NCBI GenBank assembly: GCA_021162805.1
Contig: JAGGXZ010000185.1
Coordinates: 3,064 to 67,063, forward strand
Direction of reading: 5' to 3'
Length of the DNA: 64,000 nt
DNA from: Candidatus Poribacteria bacterium
GTDB lineage: Bacteria; Poribacteria; WGA-4E; B28-G17
Shown here: in pieces, positions 41,220 through 51,294 of the stretch
Numbering within the stretch: position 1 is the stretch's first letter
How the letters are laid out: the number at the start of each line of letters is the position of its first letter
Program-made: the position numbers and the translations under genes
Notes under the pieces: model-generated
What the model was told of the DNA's origin: nothing
Databases searched by the model: none
Seen by the model: the letters and a program-made list of their open reading frames with translations, nothing else

Positions 41220-41642
41220 TCATTCGGTCTCGACGGTGATCTGCCTTGGTTTAGCCGATTCAGCCTTTGGAAGGATCACGGTGAGTATCCCATCTTGGTA
41301 TTTCGCCTTTACCCCTTCGGCGCTCACCTCAGCCGGAAGCTCCACCACCTTGTGAAATCTGCCGAAATTCCTCTCTCGCCTGTAGAAGTTTCCGTCTTTG
41401 ATCTCAGGTTCTTTCTTCTCGCCCTGAATCGTCAGGGTATCGCCCATAACGCTGAGGCTGATATCCTCCCTTCTAACGCCCGGCATCCAAGCTTTAACCA
41501 CATAGGTTTCGCCGGTATCGCACACGTTCACCGGGGGATATGTCACCTCGTTTCTTCCGGCGAAATTCTCAAAAAGCCTGTTTACAGCCCTTTGAAGCGC
41601 CTCTATCTCGGCAAACGGATCCCACCAGGTTGAAAATCTCAT
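41220..41642 (-). CDS. Hsp20/alpha-crystallin small heat-shock protein
   Basis: 'YPPVNV', 'YRRERNFGRF', 'DGILTVILPK', 'PRQITV'. Confidence 0.93.
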   Translation of the reverse strand: MRFSTWWDPFAEIEALQRAVNRLFENFAGRNEVTYPPVNVCDTGETYVVKAWMPGVRREDISLSVMGDTLTIQGEKKEPEIKDGNFYRRERNFGRFHKVVELPAEVSAEGVKAKYQDGILTVILPKAESAKPRQITVETE

Positions 41643-41700
41643 CCCTCATCCCTCCTTTCACAGGGTTTACTGCTGCGTCCGATATTCGCATTAAGCTTAA

Positions 41701-41716
41701 TGCAAACCGTATGCCA
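41701..41716 (-). promoter_or_regulatory. Sigma54 (-24/-12) promoter of hsp20-hsp20
   Basis: Minus strand TGGCATACGGTTTGCA with exact GG-N10-GC spacing. Confidence 0.78.
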
Positions 41717-41785
41717 TCTGTTTCGGATCGGATCACACACCGCCTGGCATCCCTTCTCCGGTTTTTTACGGACGCGAGCCGTTCG

Positions 41786-41813
41786 GTCATAATGGCACGT
41801 CTGCCATTTTGAC
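41786..41813. promoter_or_regulatory. Candidate upstream activator sequence for a bEBP
   Basis: Inverted repeat GTCATAATGGCA-CGTC-TGCCATTTTGAC about 70-100 bp upstream of the sigma54 site. Confidence 0.55.
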
Positions 41814-41814
41814 A

Positions 41815-42031
41815 TCATCTGCCCCATACGGCCTGTGCGAACCTCTCCAGATCGGAGTAGTTATGCCTCCAGTATCCGGCCAGGATCTGTTTGTGCCCTC
41901 GTCGGGCGAACCAAGGGGGGTTCTTCTCGCGCACCTTGAAATACCAGTTAACTTACGTAGGTCAACTCCTCCCCATGAGCGTGGGCCGATCCGTAGAGAA
42001 TCAGGAGGAGGAAAGCAGCCGATCTTCTCAT
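41815..42031 (-). pseudogene. Internally deleted remnant of a secreted-protein gene
   Basis: SD GGAGGT + MRRSAAFLLLILYGSAHAHGEELTYVS*, then a short gene-end-like fragment '...YSDLERFAQAVWGR*'. Confidence 0.45.
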
Positions 42032-42192
42032 TGTCTAACCTCCGATGGAGATCGTTTGACATTCGCCTCAATGATATCATAAAGCAGCGGGGTGTTGCCA
42101 TATCTTCTTAAACAGCACAGAAATTTCGGTTTGTCAGAGAGGCGGTGAGGTGTTATAATATTCCGTAAAGAAATCTTTAGGAGGGAGATATT

Positions 42193-42936
42193 ATGAGATG
42201 GACGGCATATTTGCTCTTGGCGTTGGGGGCCGCCCTTCCCCTATACGGCCAAAACAATGAGGTTATATTCTATGAAGGGTTCGATGATATCCCCGCCGGC
42301 AAGATCCCGGAGGGATGGCTGTCGGTTGGCAAATTGGAGGTAGCATCCTTCCCGTCCTCCACCGATAAAAGCCTCCATATAATCGATCAGGGATCGGGGT
42401 CGGGGGCCAAGTTGAACTTCGATGCCCAGAAAAAAGGGGTGTTCTCAGTCGAGTATAGTTTTCTGAGGAAGAAAGGAAGTTCAGGCGGCGATGTCGAGAT
42501 ACTCTACATCATAGGGTCACACGGCGATCAGCCGTTTAACGGTGTCTGCGTCGCCATGCATCCGGGCGGCGGTTTTACATATAACGACGGAGGTGCATGG
42601 AAGGAGGGAGAACAGATAAAGGATGAGGAATGGCACACGTTCAAATATGTGATCAATATGGATAAGAACAAATGGGATTTGATATATGACGATAAGGAGG
42701 TGGCAACGGGTGTAAAGTTCAGAGGTAACATCGGGGATCAGCTTGACACCATAATCGTCTCGAACTATGTAGATGGAGGGACGAACTTCGAAATCTATTT
42801 CAACGACATAATCATATATTCAGGCACCAAGCGTCCCATTGCCGTTGAGGCGAAGGACAAACTCGCGACGACCTGGGGGCTGATAAAAAACCCGGCCACC
42901 ACCGCATCGGCCCAACATGGGTTCAGGGATTTTTGA
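42193..42936 (+). CDS. Secreted lectin/LamG-like beta-sandwich protein with KLATTWGLIK motif
   Basis: Signal peptide, 'EEWHTFKY', 'YFNDIII', 'AVEAKDKLATTWGLIK' plus a short extension. Confidence 0.75.
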   Translation: MRWTAYLLLALGAALPLYGQNNEVIFYEGFDDIPAGKIPEGWLSVGKLEVASFPSSTDKSLHIIDQGSGSGAKLNFDAQKKGVFSVEYSFLRKKGSSGGDVEILYIIGSHGDQPFNGVCVAMHPGGGFTYNDGGAWKEGEQIKDEEWHTFKYVINMDKNKWDLIYDDKEVATGVKFRGNIGDQLDTIIVSNYVDGGTNFEIYFNDIIIYSGTKRPIAVEAKDKLATTWGLIKNPATTASAQHGFRDF

Positions 42937-42954
42937 GCTTATCAGTGTTCTATT

Positions 42955-43020
42955 CGTCTGCCGTCCACTGTCCGCGATCCGCAGTAAAATAACGGTGGAT
43001 CGCGGACAGCCGACTGCGGA
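42955..43020. repeat. Inverted heptamer array
   Basis: CGTCTGC CGTCCAC TGTCCGC GATCCGC ... CGGTGGA TCGCGGA CAGCCGA CTGCGGA. Confidence 0.78.
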
Positions 43021-43075
43021 TGTTAATCCTCAGCTCCTCATCATACTCGGTGAGACCTAATCTTGGAGGCTGAAA

Positions 43076-44182
43076 TTGCCGGTTAGCGTCCGTTTGATTA
43101 ACGTCAGCAAGTATTTCGATCGAAATAGGGTTCTGGAGAGAATAAACCTTTCGATCAACGCCGGTGAACTCTTTTTCCTTCTCGGCCCCTCGGGATGTGG
43201 CAAGACTACCTGTCTGAGGACAATTGCGGGGTTTTATCGGCCAGATGAGGGGGAGATATATTTCGACGACAGATTGATGAACGACGTTCCACCTCATAAG
43301 CGCAATACAGGTATGGTGTTTCAGAACTACGCCCTCTGGCCGCACATGACGGTGTATCAGAACGTCGAATATGGGCTTTCCGTGAGGAAGATCCCCAAGG
43401 AGCAACGCAGAAAGATGGTCTTCGAGGCGCTTCAGATCGTGCATATGACCGAATATGCCGACAGGAACGCCAACCAGCTCTCCGGAGGACAGCAGCAGAG
43501 GATAGCGCTTGCCAGGGCTTTGGTTATAAGGCCGGATGTGCTCCTCCTTGATGAACCCCTTAGCAATCTGGATGCCAAGCTCAGGCTCGAGATGCGAGGC
43601 GAGATCAAAAGGATACATTCCGAATCGAACGTCACCACCATCTACGTGACTCATGACCAGAAAGAGGCGCTCTCGATGGCTGAAAGGCTGGCCGTAATGC
43701 GTGACGGAAGGATCATCCAGGTTGGCACTCCCCGTGAGGTCTACACAAGGCCGATAAACAGGTTCGTCGCTGATTTCATTGGCGAGATAAACTTCATCGT
43801 CGGCGAGCTGATCGACAAAGATCGAACCGGGAACGCCGTCGCTGAAACCCCAATAGGCAAACTTCAAACCTCCGATCTCTATCTGAAAATAAATCCCGGC
43901 GAAAAGGTGCTTTGCTCGATCAGACCTGAATCCATCACCCTCTTCGATCTGGATTCCGTCCGGGATAAAAGAGCGACCAACCTGTTTCCCGTTAAAGTCC
44001 TATCCCTGACATATTTGGGCGAGGTCGAAGAATACGAGGTTCTGGCAGCGGGTAAACAAAAAATGAAAGTCATCGTCCACAATCCCGGAGGCGTCGGGAG
44101 GAAACCAGGCGATGAGCTCATGGCCGAGGTTTCTCCCGTCGATATCGTCTTCCTCCCCATGGAGATTGATGACAACAAATGA
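43076..44182 (+). CDS. ABC transporter ATP-binding protein (PotA/FbpC-like, TOBE)
   Basis: 'GPSGCGKT', 'LSGGQQQR', 'LLDEPLSNLD', 'VTHDQ'. Confidence 0.93.
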   Translation: MPVSVRLINVSKYFDRNRVLERINLSINAGELFFLLGPSGCGKTTCLRTIAGFYRPDEGEIYFDDRLMNDVPPHKRNTGMVFQNYALWPHMTVYQNVEYGLSVRKIPKEQRRKMVFEALQIVHMTEYADRNANQLSGGQQQRIALARALVIRPDVLLLDEPLSNLDAKLRLEMRGEIKRIHSESNVTTIYVTHDQKEALSMAERLAVMRDGRIIQVGTPREVYTRPINRFVADFIGEINFIVGELIDKDRTGNAVAETPIGKLQTSDLYLKINPGEKVLCSIRPESITLFDLDSVRDKRATNLFPVKVLSLTYLGEVEEYEVLAAGKQKMKVIVHNPGGVGRKPGDELMAEVSPVDIVFLPMEIDDNK

Positions 44183-44223
44183 CTTGTAATGGGGGCGTTC
44201 TAAGTAATCCACGGAGGTAAAGC

Positions 44224-45531
44224 ATGAGAAGGTTGACCGTGCCTTTCTTGGTGTTGACTCTATCGTTCGGCGCCGTCTCATGGAGCGATCTCTTCTCATA
44301 TGTGAATACGGATGACGGGGCCTATAAGTGGGAGATCGAGTCACAGTCCGATCTCGGTTTAGGCGTTAAGTTGTACGATCTGAAACTCACCTCTCAGATC
44401 TGGCAGGGAATCACCTGGCGGCATTCCCTGAGGGTGGTTGTCCCTCCGAATGCCCAAAAGTCAACGCTTGCCTTGCTCTTTATAACAGGCAGCGGCAAGG
44501 GAGATGAGGAGCTTGGGTATGGGAAGATGATCGCCATGGCCATCAAAGCTCCTGTCGCTGTGCTTCACGATGTCCCATATCAACCGTTATTCGGCGGATT
44601 GAAAGAGGATGAGCTGATCTCCTATACGTTCGCGAAGTTCCTGGAGACTCAGGATGAAACCTGGCCGCTGCTTCTGCCGATGGCTAAAAGCGCCGTTAAG
44701 GCCATGGATGCCGTCCAGGAGCTGGCCGAAAAGGAACTCGGGATGAAGGTGACGGGATTCGTTGTGACGGGGGCCTCGAAAAGGGGATGGACGACGTGGC
44801 TGAGCGCTGCTGTGGATAAACGCGTCAAGGCCATCGCACCTATGGTTTACGATAACCTCAACCTTGAGGCGCAGATGGAACATCAGATTGAGGCCTGGGG
44901 TGACTTCAGCGAGCAGATAGACGACTATACCCGAAGGGAACTCCCACAGATGTTGGTCGGGGGGAAGATGGGCGGTCTCGCCGATAAACTCCAGGATCTG
45001 GTCGATCCCTACCGTCACCGGGGGAGAATTACCGTTCCCAAGCTCATAATCATCGGCACCAATGATAGATACTGGCCGCTCGATGCCTTAAATATATATT
45101 GGAAAGATCTGATTGGGGAGAAATATATCCTATATGACCCCAACTCCGGTCACGGCCTTGAGGATAGAAACAGGGTTTTAAGCGATATAATCTGCTTTTT
45201 CCTCAAGACAGCCGGAGAATTGAGATTTCCTGATTTGAAATGGGAGTTCGATGACACGAAAGATAAGGTTATCCTCCACGTGGTTTCACATGGGGAGAAA
45301 CCCACTCTCGTTCAGGCATGGGTCGCCAAATCCCCGACGAGAGATTTCAGGGATGCCAAGTGGGAAAGTATCCCGATGTCAAAGGGCGGGAATAAAACGT
45401 ATAGGTTTGAGCTCGAAAGGCCGCAGGATGGATACGCCGCTATGTTCGGTGAGGCGATCTATCGCACGGGTGACGGCAAGCAGTTTTTCCTTTCAACCCA
45501 GGTGGCTATTTTTAAAAAGGCGGGGAAATAA
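44224..45531 (+). CDS. PqaA (PhoPQ-activated pathogenicity-related) family alpha/beta hydrolase
   Basis: 'LTSQIWQG', 'GASKRGWTTW', 'TNDRYW', signal peptide. Confidence 0.85.
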   Translation: MRRLTVPFLVLTLSFGAVSWSDLFSYVNTDDGAYKWEIESQSDLGLGVKLYDLKLTSQIWQGITWRHSLRVVVPPNAQKSTLALLFITGSGKGDEELGYGKMIAMAIKAPVAVLHDVPYQPLFGGLKEDELISYTFAKFLETQDETWPLLLPMAKSAVKAMDAVQELAEKELGMKVTGFVVTGASKRGWTTWLSAAVDKRVKAIAPMVYDNLNLEAQMEHQIEAWGDFSEQIDDYTRRELPQMLVGGKMGGLADKLQDLVDPYRHRGRITVPKLIIIGTNDRYWPLDALNIYWKDLIGEKYILYDPNSGHGLEDRNRVLSDIICFFLKTAGELRFPDLKWEFDDTKDKVILHVVSHGEKPTLVQAWVAKSPTRDFRDAKWESIPMSKGGNKTYRFELERPQDGYAAMFGEAIYRTGDGKQFFLSTQVAIFKKAGK

Positions 45532-45542
45532 GACGGGGTGAA

Positions 45543-46001
45543 ATGCTGCCTGAACCCCCAGCCATACCGGCTTTCATCTACGGTTCCTATTTGACTCTAG
45601 CGCTTCTTCACCTCCTTGAGGCGAAGTTCCTGAGGATACCACCGCAACTCATGCGGGATGATTTCATCGGGACGCCCTGGATCAATCTGATCGGCGTCCC
45701 GATTGCTCTTTACTATGTGATCGCTATCCGCCTTGGGATCATACACTTCGGATGGCATCATATGATAGAGGGGCTCATCCTCTGGCTTATTCCCCTGACA
45801 TCGATCAGGATATGGGGAGCGGCATACGTTTTGGATGAGCTGATCTACTACAACGAGATTCGAATTCTGCCCTGGCACCCTGTAACAGGGGGATTCGATG
45901 ATATGACATCGAGAAATTCAAAGTTGAGCTGGCTCCTTCTAGGAGGGATGGCTTTTATAGAGGTGATGGTGAGGAAGTATCTATGGAGGCCGAACGCATA
46001 G
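45543..46001 (+). CDS. Hypothetical membrane protein
   Basis: Several hydrophobic segments; operon position. Confidence 0.6.
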   Translation: MLPEPPAIPAFIYGSYLTLALLHLLEAKFLRIPPQLMRDDFIGTPWINLIGVPIALYYVIAIRLGIIHFGWHHMIEGLILWLIPLTSIRIWGAAYVLDELIYYNEIRILPWHPVTGGFDDMTSRNSKLSWLLLGGMAFIEVMVRKYLWRPNA

Positions 46002-46606
46002 GTAGGATCCTCTTCAGGGTAAGAGGCTACACTCCAATTCCGTTTATAGCTCTGGCGGTTTTCCTCTCCAAAGCAGGGTTCGCTTCCATAGCGATAGGCC
46101 TGATGTTTGTAATGGCGGGGGAATCCATGCGGATATGGTCTGTTGGATACGCCGGGGCGAGGACGAGAGCCAGATCACTTGGAGCTGCAAGGGATTTGGT
46201 TACGGCCGGGCCATATGCCTACACGCGCAACCCGATTTACATCGGAAACATCCTCATCGCCTTCGGTTTCTCCGTCATGTCGAATCTCAGGCTGCTCATG
46301 CTTCTCTCGGCGATCTGGTTCCCACTGCAGTATTGGCTGATCGTCCGCGCTGAGGAAGAATATCTGCTGAAGGAGTTCGGATGGAGGTATGAGAGATACC
46401 TGCAGAACGTGCCGAGGTTTCTCTTCAGGGCGACGCCCTACCTTCATAGGTCGAACCACGATTTCTCCTTGCGCAGGGCGGTCAAAAGCGAGAGACAAAC
46501 ACTCATCGGGATAACCCTCTTGGCCGTTTTGATCTTTCTATCGGCGAGATACCCCCTCTATGAGCTCATCACGGGGAAAATGCCGCTCAATAGATATAAG
46601 GGATGA
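45983..46606 (+). CDS. Isoprenylcysteine carboxyl methyltransferase / PEMT family protein
   Basis: 'LVTAGPYAYTRNPIYIGN', 'EEEYL...FG..YERY...VPRF'. Confidence 0.88.
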   Translation: MEAERIGRILFRVRGYTPIPFIALAVFLSKAGFASIAIGLMFVMAGESMRIWSVGYAGARTRARSLGAARDLVTAGPYAYTRNPIYIGNILIAFGFSVMSNLRLLMLLSAIWFPLQYWLIVRAEEEYLLKEFGWRYERYLQNVPRFLFRATPYLHRSNHDFSLRRAVKSERQTLIGITLLAVLIFLSARYPLYELITGKMPLNRYKG

Positions 46607-46615
46607 ACATCTTAT

Positions 46616-47365
46616 TCATCCCTTGATCAGCAACTTCGTTCCCGAGATGAGGACGAGGATCAATATGATATAGGAGAACGTCCTCTTTGAGATTCTCCTG
46701 TTGAGGAATATACCCGATAGGACCCCCATTCCCAGGAGGGGTAGGAAGAGCAGATCGTCGCGAAGGATCTGGCCGTTAAGTATATCCAGTTTGAAATACA
46801 CCGGAACCTTTGTGGCGTTTATGATGAAGAAGACCGCCGTGGTTGTCCCCACATATGCTCTATTCGACAATCTCTGCGGCAGCAGATACATCGAGACCAC
46901 CACTCCGCCGATATGGGCGAGAGTTGAGGTTATACCTGCTCCCACTCCGGCCGCAAGCCCTTTCAGGTATCTGTGCCTGATTTCCCTCCCGCCCTCCTTA
47001 TCTCCTTCTCTGGATCTGAGATTACGCCGGAATTGAGCGAGGACGAAAAGCAGGGCGATAACCCCGATTATCCTTTTAAGCCACATCTCCGGCATGTCCT
47101 TCAGCACGGTGCCGCCGAGCATTATCCCTACGATCGCCCCCGGGATCAGGGCGATCACGTTCGGCGTATCCCACCTCCTCCAGTAATAGAGCATCGATAG
47201 GATATCGGTCATAACCAACAACGGCAGCATCAACCCGATCGCCTCTCTTGCGGTCATAACCATCGCCAGGAGTGGGGTGGCTACGATTCCCGTGCCTCCT
47301 CCGAATCCGGCTTTTGAGATGCCTATGAAGATTGTTGCTATCACTGTAACGATCGTCTTAAGCAT
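46616..47365 (-). CDS. TauE/SafE (sulfite exporter) family protein
   Basis: 'GISKAGFGGG', 'LAHIGG', multi-TM. Confidence 0.88.
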   Translation of the reverse strand: MLKTIVTVIATIFIGISKAGFGGGTGIVATPLLAMVMTAREAIGLMLPLLVMTDILSMLYYWRRWDTPNVIALIPGAIVGIMLGGTVLKDMPEMWLKRIIGVIALLFVLAQFRRNLRSREGDKEGGREIRHRYLKGLAAGVGAGITSTLAHIGGVVVSMYLLPQRLSNRAYVGTTTAVFFIINATKVPVYFKLDILNGQILRDDLLFLPLLGMGVLSGIFLNRRISKRTFSYIILILVLISGTKLLIKG

Positions 47366-49336
47366 CTATTTTATTTGTCCTTTTATCATCACCCTACATC
47401 TCGGGAGGGAATTTAGAAAGGTTTTGCCGTAGCTTTTAGTCAGCACTCTAGGATCCAGGATCACCACGATGCCCCTGTCCGTCTTGGTCCTGATCAGCCT
47501 GCCGAATCCCTGTTTTAGCCTCAGCACCGCTTCGGGAAGGGAGTAATCATAGAAGGGATTTCCGCCTCGTTTCTCGATCTGCTCTAGTCTCGCCTGAATA
47601 ATGGGATGATCCGGCACCGAGAAGGGAAGCTTGACGATGATCACATTTGAGAGCGCCTCCCCCCGTACATCGACTCCCTCCCAGAAGCTGGCTGTTCCGA
47701 AGATGACGGAATCCGTATCCTCCCGGAATAACTTCAACATCTCCGACCGCGGCAGACCATCACCCTGTTTGAAGGCGGATATCCCCATCTTCTCCAAAAG
47801 AGGGTCGAGCCTTTCGAAAACCGCTTTCATCATGCTATAGCTGGTGAAGAGCACGAAGGCTTTGCCATGTGTGATCTGCAGGTATTCGGCTATCCATGCG
47901 GTGGCAGCGTCGAGGAAGGATTCATCTCTGGGATCGGGCATATCGGGATGGAGGTAGAGGGTAACCTGTTTTTGATAATCAAACGGCGATCCGATAAGCA
48001 GCTCCCTCGCATCTTCCAAACCAACTCGTCCTTTGAAGAAATCGAAGCTGCCGTTGACGGCGAGGGTCGCGCTGGTAGCCACGATCGTCCGCATGTTCGA
48101 AAAGAAATCCTCCCTCAGCTCATCGGCTACGGTTATCGGAGCGGCGTTCAGGGAAAGGTTGGCGAATCTTCTCCCGGTCCTCTCAACCCAGTAGACATAA
48201 CCCTCGGTGCCCAGCGAGAGAATATCATCTAGGTCGTCCCTCAGTTTGTGGCATCTTCGTATAAAGGCCGTGATCTCCATCTCTTCGCTTTCGTCCTTAG
48301 CTCTTTTCCTTAAATCCCTGAGCAGCTCTTCGAGTTTTAGGATAGGCTCCTCCAGGAGATTCGGCAGAAACCCCTCCCTCTCTATGGCCATGGTTTCGTT
48401 TTCATCGAGCCACTTTGAGAGGAGATCGAAGAAGATCTCGGCGCTTCGTCTGGCCTCCTCCACAAGAGGAATATGCTCAACCGCTCCCATTCTCACCAGC
48501 ACGCCGCCGGGATGGCCGCTCCGCCTAGGCGGACGGTAGAGGCCGTCCAGCAGGCGTTTCACCCTCCAGTTTGTCACCTCTCTTCCGATATGGGCCGTAG
48601 CGATCGACTCCAGGTTATGTGCCTCGTCGATTATCAGATGCTGATAATCCGGAAGCACAGTGATGCCGATGTTCATCTTGCGCAGCACATAATCGCTGAG
48701 GAGTAAATGATGATTGACCACAATGATATCGGCTCCTAAAACCTTTCCTCTAGCCCTGTAATAGAAACATCGTCCGAAAAACTCACATTTGGACGAGAGG
48801 CAGTTGTCGCTTTCAGAACAGATCATCGACCAGATGGATTCAGGCGGATTAGGAAGCAGATCGGCGAGGCTACCGTCGGATGTGATCTTAGACCACTCCA
48901 GAATTCTGTCAAATTCCTCCACCTCATCTCGCGTCTCAAAAAGTCCTCTCTCGCTGGTGGCGACCATGTTCAGTCGCCTCAGACATACATAATTCCCCCT
49001 GCCCTTGACGAGCACGGCGGTAAAATCCAAGGGAAGGGCCTCCCTGAGGAAGGGTATATCCTTGTCGATGAGCTGTTCCTGAAGGCTTATCGTGTTGGTA
49101 GAGACAACTACAGGCTCTTTCGCCTCGGTGGCGAAGAGTATGGCGGGAATGAGATAGGCGAAACTCTTGCCCACACCTGTGCCCGCCTCCACAACCAGAT
49201 GCCCGCCCTGACAAAACGCCTCAGCGACCGCCTCGGCCATCTCGATCTGCTGCGGTCGATCCTCATACCCGGGCAGCTTCCGGGAGATCACCCCACCGGG
49301 GGCGAGGATCGAGATCGTCTCATCCCTGAGATCCAC
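47366..49336 (-). CDS. dinG: DinG/YoaA family ATP-dependent helicase (FeS)
   Basis: 'EAGTGVGKS', Cys cluster, 'IDEAH', 'FWEGVD', 'QGFGRLIR'. Confidence 0.9.
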   Translation of the reverse strand: MDLRDETISILAPGGVISRKLPGYEDRPQQIEMAEAVAEAFCQGGHLVVEAGTGVGKSFAYLIPAILFATEAKEPVVVSTNTISLQEQLIDKDIPFLREALPLDFTAVLVKGRGNYVCLRRLNMVATSERGLFETRDEVEEFDRILEWSKITSDGSLADLLPNPPESIWSMICSESDNCLSSKCEFFGRCFYYRARGKVLGADIIVVNHHLLLSDYVLRKMNIGITVLPDYQHLIIDEAHNLESIATAHIGREVTNWRVKRLLDGLYRPPRRSGHPGGVLVRMGAVEHIPLVEEARRSAEIFFDLLSKWLDENETMAIEREGFLPNLLEEPILKLEELLRDLRKRAKDESEEMEITAFIRRCHKLRDDLDDILSLGTEGYVYWVERTGRRFANLSLNAAPITVADELREDFFSNMRTIVATSATLAVNGSFDFFKGRVGLEDARELLIGSPFDYQKQVTLYLHPDMPDPRDESFLDAATAWIAEYLQITHGKAFVLFTSYSMMKAVFERLDPLLEKMGISAFKQGDGLPRSEMLKLFREDTDSVIFGTASFWEGVDVRGEALSNVIIVKLPFSVPDHPIIQARLEQIEKRGGNPFYDYSLPEAVLRLKQGFGRLIRTKTDRGIVVILDPRVLTKSYGKTFLNSLPRCRVMIKGQIK

Positions 49337-51284
49337 CGGTTCCTCCTAGTTTCAAGGCGTTCTCCACCATCGCTATGAGTTGATTGAGCCCGAACGGTTT
49401 AAGCAGGAACCCGGCCGCACCATACTCCATAATCCTCTCATCGCTCGATTCGGAGGAGGTGCCTATGATCTTCGCCTTCGGACTTCTGTTTCTGAAGATC
49501 TCGAAGGTCACCATGCTGCGTTCCATCCCTGAGATCGTCAGATCAAGTATGATAAGTTTCATCCTATCACCGAGCTCATCGATCATTCTTATTGCTTCGT
49601 GGAAATTTCCGACCTCGACGGTGGAGTATCCATATTCGCTCAACATGTGTTTCAGCATTTCCCTGACGAGCGGGGCCTCTTCCACGATGAGGATCACATC
49701 CTCTTCCTTCCGCTTGATCGGCTCAACTCCTTCGACTATTGGCAGATATATGCTGAAAGTTGAACCTGATTCAGGACCGTTTTCCACCCGCACGTAACCG
49801 TCATGTTCGTTGGCGATCCCATAGACCATTGCCAACCCCAGCCCTGCTCCCTCGCTCGGATCCTTAGTGGTATAGAAAGGATCGAAAAGTCTATCGAGCC
49901 TGTCATGTGGTATCCCACTGCCCGTGTCACTGACTGATATAACGGCGTAATCGCCCTGCCTTTTCAGCAAGACGTCGATCTTACCGCCATTCGGCATCGC
50001 CTCAACTGAGTTTTCGATCAGGCATTGGATGGCTGTGCCGAACGCTCCGGGAGCTACTCTGACCGTGAGCGGATCGGCTGAGGGGATGAAGTTCAACTGG
50101 ACGTTTTCCGGAGTGAGATCACCTCTTAGGGAAACGATCTTCTCCTCCACAAACCGATTGAGCTCGGTCACCCTTTTCTCCTCCCCGATTCTTTGAGCGA
50201 ACATGAGCAATCGGTTGACCAGTCTCGCCCCCCTTTCAGATAGGGTTTCGATGACGGCGGCGCGGCGATGAATCGGATCGTGAGGCTCGACGTTGAGCTT
50301 TATAAGCGTCGCGTTGCCCATTATGCCCGTCAACAAGTTGTTGAAATTATGGGCGATGCCGCCTGAGAGCACGGCGAGCCCTTCCAGTTTGGAGGCCCTC
50401 TCAAGCTCCTGTCGAAGTTCCAGGTCCCTGGTCGCATCGCGGATAACGGCCACAACCGCATTCCTGCCGCCGTAAGGAACGATGGAGTATATCCCCTCGA
50501 CGTAGATCTCCTTGCCGTCCTTTCTTATCCCCCAAAAACCATATGTCTCCGGCGCGTTCTCACCCTTAAGCCTCTTGCTATAGCTCTTAAGCATCCTCCT
50601 TCTATCCCGATGTGAGATGAGCTCATAGAAGGGTTTGGAGTATAACTCCTCCTTAGTATAACCCGATAGCTCCACCATGGTGTCGTTGGCGAATTTGATC
50701 ATATTGTCCTGAATTATAACCATCCCCGCGCCGATATGTTCCACCAGGGTTCTGTATCTTTCGCCTATCTCCTTCACCCTCTGATGCGCGAGAGCATTGA
50801 GGACGAGGTTGCCAGCGAGGTTGACGGTGGTCCTCAGAAGAAGGAGGTCATCCTGATCGATTCCCCTATCGCCTTTAAAATAGGCGATCCCCGCGCCGAC
50901 TCCGGACCCGTCCCGTATCACGGGAAGACCCAAAACCGTAACGGTCGACATCCCGCCGATAAGCTCCCTCATCCCTTCGGATAGATCATCCGCGCTCTCG
51001 ACCCTTACGATCGTCACCTCTTGACCTCGTATAATCCGCTCGATCTCCGGGATCGCCCCGATATCATCCTCGGAGATCACTTTGAGATGAGGGATCCTCT
51101 TATCGTTCCAGAAGTTCATCTCATCTTCCGCGCCTGCAACGACAAGAAGCTCCAATCCATCCGCACCGAAGAAGGACTTGACGTTATCGGTGAGCCTTTT
51201 CAGGATGCCTGACGGGTCCAAAATCGAAGATATAGCTTGAATGGTTTGAATCAAAAACTCATATCTTGTTTGACTTTTCATCAT
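49320..51284 (-). CDS. Hybrid sensor histidine kinase (GAF-PAS-HisKA-HATPase-REC)
   Basis: 'GGIAHNFNNLL', 'DTGSGI', 'FDPFYTTK', 'GAGLGL', C-terminal REC 'FLLKPF'. Confidence 0.88.
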   Translation of the reverse strand: MMKSQTRYEFLIQTIQAISSILDPSGILKRLTDNVKSFFGADGLELLVVAGAEDEMNFWNDKRIPHLKVISEDDIGAIPEIERIIRGQEVTIVRVESADDLSEGMRELIGGMSTVTVLGLPVIRDGSGVGAGIAYFKGDRGIDQDDLLLLRTTVNLAGNLVLNALAHQRVKEIGERYRTLVEHIGAGMVIIQDNMIKFANDTMVELSGYTKEELYSKPFYELISHRDRRRMLKSYSKRLKGENAPETYGFWGIRKDGKEIYVEGIYSIVPYGGRNAVVAVIRDATRDLELRQELERASKLEGLAVLSGGIAHNFNNLLTGIMGNATLIKLNVEPHDPIHRRAAVIETLSERGARLVNRLLMFAQRIGEEKRVTELNRFVEEKIVSLRGDLTPENVQLNFIPSADPLTVRVAPGAFGTAIQCLIENSVEAMPNGGKIDVLLKRQGDYAVISVSDTGSGIPHDRLDRLFDPFYTTKDPSEGAGLGLAMVYGIANEHDGYVRVENGPESGSTFSIYLPIVEGVEPIKRKEEDVILIVEEAPLVREMLKHMLSEYGYSTVEVGNFHEAIRMIDELGDRMKLIILDLTISGMERSMVTFEIFRNRSPKAKIIGTSSESSDERIMEYGAAGFLLKPFGLNQLIAMVENALKLGGTGGSQG

Positions 51285-51294
51285 GAAAACCTCT

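Noticed and set aside
41787-42111. ORFs 41787..42101 (-) and 41809..42111 (+) as genes
   Set aside because: No SD or protein-like features; the region is better explained by the pseudogene remnant and regulatory sites.
43076-44182. Orphan ABC ATPase as a novel system
   Set aside because: Shared stand-alone ATPases serving distant permeases are common.
47366-49336. DinG as part of a type IV CRISPR-Cas system
   Set aside because: No cas genes or repeat-spacer array nearby; it looks like the housekeeping FeS DinG/YoaA.
49320-49720. Degenerate receiver domain (EE instead of DD) in the hybrid kinase
   Set aside because: The phospho-acceptor Asp and the KP motif remain; such variation is common.
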